This document shows, one piece after another, positions 54,813-64,000 of a DNA stretch of 64,000 nt. This stretch comes from Eledone cirrhosa (lineage: Eukaryota): contig OZ024741.1 of the NCBI GenBank assembly GCA_964016885.1, forward strand, positions 291,896,001 to 291,960,000. Reading direction: 5' to 3'. Numbering within the stretch: position 1 is the first letter of the stretch; each line of letters starts with the position of its first letter. A model generated the notes under the pieces. The model was given only the letters and a program-made list of their open reading frames with translations. It did not search any database and had not been told where the DNA came from. The translations under genes were made by a program, and so were the position numbers.

Positions 54813-56072
54813 CGATATATATATATACCGTATATATAATTGTTTCTACTTTTGGCAAAAGGCCAGCAATTATCCCAGTACATTATCGACCCCGTAAGGA
54901 TGAAAGGCAAAGTTCACCTGGGCGGGATTTGAACTCAAGCCGTAAATGGACGTAACTCTATGTTTTACAGCATGGCGTCCGATGATCTACCGATACTGCC
55001 AACAATCACTCCTCGAAATACGTCCTACACGTGTTCTATCAATAACCGATTACATTACAGCATACATATCGCATCTACCATACATCATTTGTAAATATTT
55101 ACTACTACAAATAATAATAATAAATAAATAACGCGCAAAAGGAGCATTTTTCCTTTTACCAGAATAACAAGTAGAAGTTTAAAATTAAAATTATTTGCTA
55201 ACATAAAAAGGGACACTATAAATACGATCGCACGTGATTTACCGTTGTCTTATACGAGATTAACTTTGCCTTTTCGATGTAGATAAAAGTCTCAGTCAAG
55301 TACTGCGTTGATTCGTCCCCTGTATTTCTTTCTCACTTCTATTCTCTCACTCAGTGTTTCTCCTCCTCTCGGAAAAAATCTGATATACTCAAATCTAGAG
55401 AGGACATGAGCTCCACCGGGTTTAAATATTCCCAAGAAACGACGTATTTCAATAAGACGCCCTTATGTCTCGATCAGGAATTACAGTGCCTTGCATGCAT
55501 CCATTCAACATTCTCCACTATTATCAAGAACAATGAAAGTGTTTCTGACGCAGTAAAATGTTCGGCCATCATACAGTCAATGATATTAACAACGAAGCGA
55601 CAGGGGTCTATCCATGAAATGGAGACGTCGTACATAATCGGCATAGAAAACCAGATGCAAAAAAGAAAAAGAAAATAGCCCTCTTCTCATAAACCTTCTA
55701 ACAGTTTAAGCAATGGCTTGATTTTCGAAATTTTGAAAGAATGAATAGAAGAGGAATATATGGAAAACTGTTAAAGCTATTAATGGATGGTTTAATCGCT
55801 TGAAAAAAATCTACATAATACTCGAGTTACAGAAACGGTGGATACCAATGAAGCAACAACCGCGAATTTTATGGAAACATTGGATAATTTATTTACATGA
55901 GAAGGATATTTAGCAGGAAAAAAAAAACTTCAACATACGAGACTGGCTTATATTGGAAGAGGATTCCTGAAACAACATATATATAGAATGTATGATATTA
56001 GTTTCGTACTACAATACATATGTGTAATGCAATTGTATATTGTATAGGTGTTCAGTTTGGCTTGATGGTGGC

Positions 56073-56105
<33 letters not shown>

Positions 56106-56319
56106 GATGAAGTTGATGAAGAAGAAGATGATGACGACGATGATGATGATGATGATGACGATGAATAAACAGAATGCTCGTTCTATACGCTGAAACCAGT
56201 TCTCTCTATATGCCCCTCCCCACACATATATCACAGACTACATACGCTGAAACATAGTCGTATATAGACACCGAAATATGTACCAAATTCTAAGACATAA
56301 CTACTGCAGAAACCCAAAT

Positions 56320-57560
56320 CACCACCACCACCACCACCACCGCCAGCACCACATTCACCATTACCACCAACAACAACCCAACCAGTGCGCATGACCAACA
56401 TGAACGCCAACATCGTTTTCAATAACCCCTTGTACGCCAACATCACTAAGAACACCAACACCATCAACATAGACACCATTGCTATCAATACCACAACCAC
56501 CAGCACCACCATCACCACCGCAACCACCAGCAACACTAGCAGCAAGAACCATCACCAGTATAACAAGCACTATGAGCATAGACACCGTCATCATCAACAT
56601 AAACACCACCTATACCACTACCACCACAACAACCACCAACAACAATGGCTGCCAGAACGACCACTACCACAGTATAAACGCCATTGCTATCAACTTTAAA
56701 AAACCATCAACATAAACATAACACCATTGTCACCAACAATACCACCACGACCACCACCACCACCATCACCACCAGGTCCAACAGCACCACCACCTATCAC
56801 CACCACCACCCTCACCATCACCATCACCACCACCACCACCACCACCCTCACCACCACCACCACTAAGACAACGACGACGACACCATTGTCACCAATAACA
56901 CCACCACGACCAGCACCACCATCACCACCAGCACCAACATCACCATCACCACCACCACCACCGCCCTCACCATCACCACCACCACCACCACCACTACGGC
57001 AACGGCGACGACACCATTGTCACCAACAACAACACCACGACCACCACCACCATCACCACCAGCACCAACATCACCACCACCTATCACCACCACCACCAGC
57101 ACCAACATCACCACCACCGCCATCACCATCACCACCACCACCACTACCTCCAATATTACTACCACCACCATCGCCACCCACCATCACCCTCACCACCACC
57201 ACCACCACCACCACCACTACCACCACCACCACCACCACCACTACCACCACTACTACCACCACCAACAACACCACCACCACCACTACCTCCAACATCACCA
57301 ACAACACCATCACCCCTCACCACCACCACCACCGCCACCACTACCACCTATACCACCACCACCACTACCACCACCATCACCACCACCACCACCACCACCA
57401 TCACCACCACTACCACCACCACCACCAACACCACCACCACCACTACCTCCAACATCACCACCACAACCACCACTACTACCACTACCACCACCACCACCAC
57501 CACCACTACCACCACCATCACCATCACCACCACCACCATCATCAACACCAACGGCAACAA
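56320..57560. repeat. (CAC)n-based low-complexity field with higher-order duplications
   Basis: acaccattgtcaccaa anchor recurs at ~56721, 56880 and 57011. Confidence 0.9.
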
Positions 57561-57829
57561 TAGCAATAGATATATAGATATTATCTTCAGTTGATTTCAC
57601 GTGGACATCATTAGAAATGACCAGCAATAGCTGTGGCACAACAGCCACGATTCAACGAGTTGGCAGCCATGATCAAACGATAAGGAGAGCCTCCCCAAAA
57701 CAAACTACATATACAACACATTTCCTGCGAAACAAAGATGCCAGAGATTTTTGTTTTTCTAGTTTCTTTCTAACTATTTTTTTTTTTTTTCAGTGGTTAT
57801 TGGAAAACGTTTAGCGTATGATGGGATAT

Positions 57830-57913
57830 GGCGAGTGGGTGATGAGAGAGATAGAGGGGGAGGAGGTAGAGATGAAGATAGAGAAGAAGGAGCAGAGATG
57901 TGGAGAGAAGAGT

Positions 57914-58000
<87 letters not shown>

Positions 58001-58002
58001 GA

Positions 58003-58063
<61 letters not shown>

Positions 58064-58747
58064 GGATAGAGAGTAAGAGGCAAATGTATGCAGAGAGAGG
58101 AAAGAGCAGCCGTGTGAAGATAGAGGGAGAGAGATGTGGAGCAAGAAAGGCGCAGAAGTGACGAGCGAGAGGGAGAGAGAGATGTGGATAGAGTGGGAGG
58201 AGAAGATGAGCAGGGAGAGAGAGGGAGAGAAATAGGGGGTAGAGGCAGAGAGTGAGGAAGAGAGAGGAGAGAGGCGAGAGTGAGTGAGGAGAGAGAGAGT
58301 GAGAAGGTAGTGGTAGAAAGCAAAGGATGGGAGGAGTAGAAAAAGTGAGAGTGTGAGAAGAGGTATAGAAGAGAGAGAGAGAGTGTGTGTGTGTTTAATG
58401 AATGTAGGAGGAGAGAGGGGGGGGGTACGAATGGAGGAGTAAAAGGGAAAGGCAGATAGATGGATGAGAGGAGAAGTAGAAGGGAGGGAGAACTAGGAAG
58501 AGTGTTTAAACGTTTAGACAATGGGGAAAGGATGATGAGATAAAGAGAGGAGGGAAGTGACGGGGGGTGGAGATATATAGAATGAAAGAGTGAGAAGGGG
58601 GAGAGAGAGGGAGAGAGAGTTGGGAGAAAGGTGTGAGAAGTGGGAAGAGGTTGAAACGGAAAAACTGTTGAAATGGATCAATAATTTAATAGTATTAACC
58701 TTTCTGATGTATGGATGGACGGATATTTTGATTTACATATGCCACAG

Positions 58748-58814
<67 letters not shown>

Positions 58815-59760
58815 TACACACATATACACACGCACACACACACACATACACGCACACTCATATATACACATATACACACACAGACACAGACACGCACACA
58901 CACACACACACTCACATATACACATATACACACGCACACACACACACACACAGACACGCACACTCATATATACACATATACACACACAGACACAGACACG
59001 CACACACACACACACACACTCACATACACACGCACACACACACGCACACACACACACACTCACATACACACATATACACACGCACACACACACACACATA
59101 CACGCACACTCATATATACATATATACACATATACACACACATACACAGACGCGCACACACACACTCACATACACACATATACACACGCACACACATACA
59201 CACATACACGCACACTCATATATACACATATACACACACAGAGACAGACACGCACACACACTCACATACACACATATTCACAGACATACACGCACACTCA
59301 TATATACACATATACACACACAGACACAGACACGCTAACATACACAAAACAGACACGAACATTCACACACACACAGACACAGACACGCACACACACACAG
59401 ACACATACTCACACATGTATATATGTATTTGCTTATATATATGTGCACAAATATACATGTATACACACACACACACACACATGTACGTACACACACACAC
59501 ACAAACACACACATATATATATATTTGCTAACATATATGTACAAAAATATATGTATACAGAGGCAAATAAACACACACAGAGACACACTCGCACGCACAC
59601 GCATACACATACATACACATGTATATGTATATTTGCATACATATATACATATATACAGACACATGGACACACACACATACACACACACATACACACACAC
59701 GCACACACATATATATATATGTATATGTATATGTATATATGTATATATATAGCTATGACT
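57830..59760. repeat. (GA)n purine-rich tract followed by compound (CA)/(TA) field
   Basis: Direct reading. Confidence 0.9.
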
Positions 59761-60095
59761 GTCAATTGCCTTGACTTGAACGCTACCAAATATACACCAA
59801 ACCAATGCTATTCACGAACTCACGCAAAGGCAATCTATAAATCTATCAACCCCACTCCCAGACACATACCACACAAGAGTAAAATAAATACAAATCACGC
59901 CCCTCAAAACTATACAAAACCACTCCTAGCATAACAAATACCAATTACTGGGGGCGACGGACGTTTACAGGCTGCAGCCGTTGTACTACGGTGGTAATTT
60001 AAAGATTTAGCTGCTCTTTAGAAAATGTCAAGTGACTACCTAGAGGCTCACCCATTGTTATAGTTGCTGTCAATATTGTTATAGTACAGCGATTG

Positions 60096-60201
<106 letters not shown>

Positions 60202-60549
60202 GGTACACTTACATATGTAATATGTAATCATATATGAATATGATGCAAAACTGATTCTTTGTTGCCATTTATTATTATTAATGGCAGTATCGGTAGAGGG
60301 TTGGACGCCATGCTTTCCAGCATAGAGTTACGTCCCTTTATGATCTGAGTTCAAATCCCGCCGAGGTTAACAACTTTGCCTTTCATCCTTATGGGGTCGA
60401 TAAAATAAAGTACCAGTAATGCACTGGGTAATTATTGGCCTTGTGCCTAAAGTAGAAACAATTATTATTATTGATATTCTGCTCCGCAAGAACATCAAGT
60501 ACTCATTTTGGCAACCGCCAGTGAATGCAATTCATTTGCACCTCTACTG

Positions 60550-60594
<45 letters not shown>

Positions 60595-60599
<5 letters not shown>

Positions 60600-60984
60600 G
60601 AGTATGTCAAAGAATGAGTTTTACAGTAGATTGGAAGCACTCTACGTTAAAAATATTTTTCCAGAGTCATTAATATTAAAATATAAATATTAATAAAATA
60701 GATGTTCTTTTGATCAATTACATTTTATTATACATATTTCAGATGTACAACAGTACGTCCTCATCAGACAAAATATAGTGATATATGACATACCCTGAGA
60801 TGTTAAATGGTTAAGATTTAATCATTACCTTGATTAAATCTTAACCGTTTAACATCTCAGGGTATGTCATGTATCATTATATTTTGTCTGATGAAGACGT
60901 ACTGTTGTACATCCGAAATATGTATAATAAAATGTAATTGATCAAAAGAACATCTATTTTATTAATATTTATATTTTAATATTA
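60595..60984. mobile_element. Fold-back insertion (palindrome 60671-60984, 154-bp arms, 6-nt loop) with two HHRs and a 76-nt tail on the left arm
   Basis: HHRs at 60722-60774(-) and 60881-60933(+): ATTTTGT CTGATGA (G/A)GACGTAC tgtt GTACATC(T/C) GAAA T ATGT A TA^ATAAAAT. Confidence 0.92.
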
Positions 60985-61725
60985 TATATATATATATATA
61001 TAATGTATAATAAACAATACAATATAATTACCTCATCTTACCCTCCGTTCTACTGTACGGTACTATCGTTCTATAATTTAAACATCTCCCTATTTATTAG
61101 TTATTATATGTACATATATTTTTTTACTTCCTTCAATCAAGATTTTTTTAATTTTTGATTTTTAATTTTTAGTTTTAATTTCTAATTCTCAATCATAATT
61201 TCCACAGAGAAACCATAATACCTAGAAATAAGTATATATTCTCTTATCCTACTTTCCATGCTTAATTTAGGGATAGTATTGAGACCTATTGAAACTCATA
61301 CTCTCCCACCCCCACTAGCTTTCGACCAAATGCCACTGGCAGGGTGGCTAGCAGTAAACTATAACCGTGTCATATAACAGACCTGGATGGGATGATTGTT
61401 TGGTTGAGAGGGGGACCTACCTAGGCGAGTTTTCGTAGAACTTTGGGGTAGTTTATGGTCAACTTCCTTCGGACTTGCGCCTGGGAGTGAATTGGGACTC
61501 ACAAGGGAACGGGCGAAGAATTCAAGAGCACAGGCTTTGTCCGTTCCCATGTCGATTCAATTTGGATTGCCTCGGAAACATAACCTTATTATGTAAGGAG
61601 CTGTCTGATGATGTGATGTCACGGCACTGGGCGTACCGAACCGTGTGGCCACCTTCGTCATTGAAATATGTATCACAGCATTATCATTAAAGGACTTTAA
61701 CATCTGAAACTACTTCGCTTTTTCT

Positions 61726-61845
<120 letters not shown>

Positions 61846-61850
61846 AAGTA

Positions 61851-61961
61851 AGTCCTTCATCAGTGACCCTCCAACCGTCCCAGGCATTTCATCGCTTTAA
61901 GGGCCATATACCTCAGGTTGGTGCGAACAACGGCTAAAAAAAGTCGTTGGGACACGTAAAT
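61851..61961. repeat. Conserved structured element (copy B)
   Basis: See 21826-21936. Confidence 0.75.
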
Positions 61962-62016
61962 AAAGGGGACGTTAGGGTGAACAAACAAAATGGTTTAAGC
62001 AACAGAAAGTGAGAAG

Positions 62017-62050
<34 letters not shown>

Positions 62051-62138
62051 ATGGAAAAATTTGAACAGGAACAAAACAGAGAGGCAGTACAACGAATGTT
62101 TATTAATTTCACGCTCTGGAGAGTGGGGTGGTGGTGGG

Positions 62139-62175
62139 GAACGACGTTTCGGGCATAAGCCCATCCTCAGGTGAG
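62139..62175 (-). ncRNA. PLE-type minimal HHR, weak stem I
   Basis: CAC CTGAGGA t GGGC ttat GCCC GAAA CG TC^GTT. Confidence 0.7.
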
Positions 62176-62472
62176 AAGTGTGTAGGAACAGAGTTCAAAG
62201 GGTGTGTAGGGGAGTGGTGGAGAGACATATAGCGAAAGGAAACGGTGCGAATGAAATTAAAAATAAAAATAAAAATAAAGCATGATCAAAATAAAAGGAA
62301 TGAAATAAAAATAAATATAAAAGCATGATCAAAATAAACTGAAATTAAAAAAGGGTAAAACAGGTGGTGGAAGGGTGTGGGGTGTGTAGGGGTGGTGGCG
62401 GGTGGAGTGGGGAGAGGGAGACGGGGTGTCCGAGCGGGGAGGGCTGAAGGTGGTGTGTGTGTGTAGGTGTAC

Positions 62473-62503
<31 letters not shown>

Positions 62504-62825
62504 AAAGTAAGGGTTGGGGGAAGAACGGGGTTGCATGTTCAGGAAGAGATGTGTGTGGGGGGGTTGTAGGTTGGAGTGTCTGTGCGTGTGTGGATAGAGG
62601 GGTGGGGGAGAGGAATCAGGAGGCTGAGGGTGTAAATATGTTGTGGAAAGCACGTGTGTGTGGGGTTTAAGCGTGTTGTGGGTGTAGGTGGCGTGTGGGA
62701 GAAAAAAAATTTGTTTGTGTGTGTGTGGGGGTGAGTTATATAGGTGATTCCGTAAGAGGATGGTTGAAATGTTGGTAAATTCCTATGATGTTAGTAGAAT
62801 ATATATATATATATATATATATACG

Positions 62826-62877
<52 letters not shown>

Positions 62878-63744
62878 GAGGAAAATGCGAAGTTGAAGAT
62901 GTTAAGGTCCTTTATTAATTGAGCCGTTATACATATTTCAATGACGATAGATATCGTGATTTCTTCAAACAGCAAAAATTGAAGCAATTTTGGGTGGAAT
63001 GGAGGGGACTAAAAAATGTGTATGTTGTTGCCTTGACTGCCCGCTCCCTTCTAATTTTCAGGACGTACCGACAGCCCTGCTTAATCATAGGGGTGTGACC
63101 ACTTGACTACAACTAAGAATACCACCAACCTTATGTGTTCTCTCTAGCTACCACTCCTAACTACCTCGCCGACAGCTCCATACGGTCTGTTGGCGTTCAG
63201 ACCAGCCAAAATTTATTTACTACTAGCTTTGGTGGCCAGCAAAATTTAGTGCATTCGTACCCGCTACCCGTTTATGTCGGGATAATATATAGACGATCAA
63301 CTCCAAATTGAGAAATTTACCTACTGATATGAATAATATATCTTATAGAAAATATTAAAGCTTTCACAACCGGAAAACCCAGAAAAAGTTCTGGAATTCA
63401 GACGTTAAGAATTAAAATGTTAAAGTCCGGGAAGCTAGACAACGGTCGTTATGCTAAGAATATATCTAACTGGCAAAGTATATATTCTTATTAGGGATTG
63501 GGTTCAGAACTGGATATTAACTTGTTATGACTCCCCATGGACACAACTGGCCTCTTGTTGAGAATGACAGGCAATATTTAAAGTATCTAATGTAACGAAT
63601 GTAAAAATTAAATAATCGGGTAGTTGGTATCCGGTCAATCCGGTGGAGACAAATAAAATATTGATGATTTAAGGAGCGATGTAAGAAAAGGTACAAATGA
63701 GTAAGGATGAGGGGGAAAAATAGTATCATAAAGGGAATAAAGGA

Positions 63745-63782
<38 letters not shown>

Positions 63783-64000
63783 AGGGGGAGAGAGAGAGGG
63801 AGAGAGGAGTAAAACAAGGTAAAAAAGAATTATAGAGAGAATGAATGAGAGGAAACGCAGGAAAATAATTGCAGGGAAAATCTGTGATAAATGTCTGAGT
63901 GAGGGCGAGTTATAGAGAGTCAGTTATATTCACAGGCTTCTGCTGTTTTGGTCCGTGCATTTGCAGCTGGGTGCACCTCAAAGGCTGTCCGTGGCTATAT

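Noticed and set aside
56727-57648. Poly-Pro/Thr/His ORFs resembling mucins or extensins
   Set aside because: (CAC)n low-complexity DNA open in several frames on both strands; no splice or start context

Overview
AT-rich, microsatellite-saturated eukaryotic DNA, probably from an octopus or other coleoid cephalopod (inferred from the abundant tRNA-SINE with the GCCTTTCATCCTT..GGGGTCGATAAAATAAAGTACCAG core). No host protein-coding gene could be supported; almost all ORF-track entries are microsatellite translations or transposon frames. The window holds a decayed Ty3/gypsy element (tRNA-Trp PBS), Tx1/L1 copies, an R4/Dong fragment, RTE, CR1/L2 and mariner remnants and many SINEs. The dominant signal is a Penelope-like-element (PLE) / hammerhead-ribozyme (HHR) system inserted in (TA)n arrays. 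It has four parts: (1) one intact, very young PLE (892-aa RT + GIY-YIG ORF) with 1.6-kb inverted pseudo-LTRs, each carrying a minimal type I HHR; (2) a non-coding ~425-bp HHR-containing tandem unit (retrozyme-like, predicted 424-nt monomer/circle) at two loci; (3) about ten head-to-head fold-back palindromes, most with outward-pointing HHR or HHR-like motifs; (4) a shared GAGTRY motif 35-55 nt from the 3' end of several unrelated families. All structures were read by eye; no folding or database search was run.
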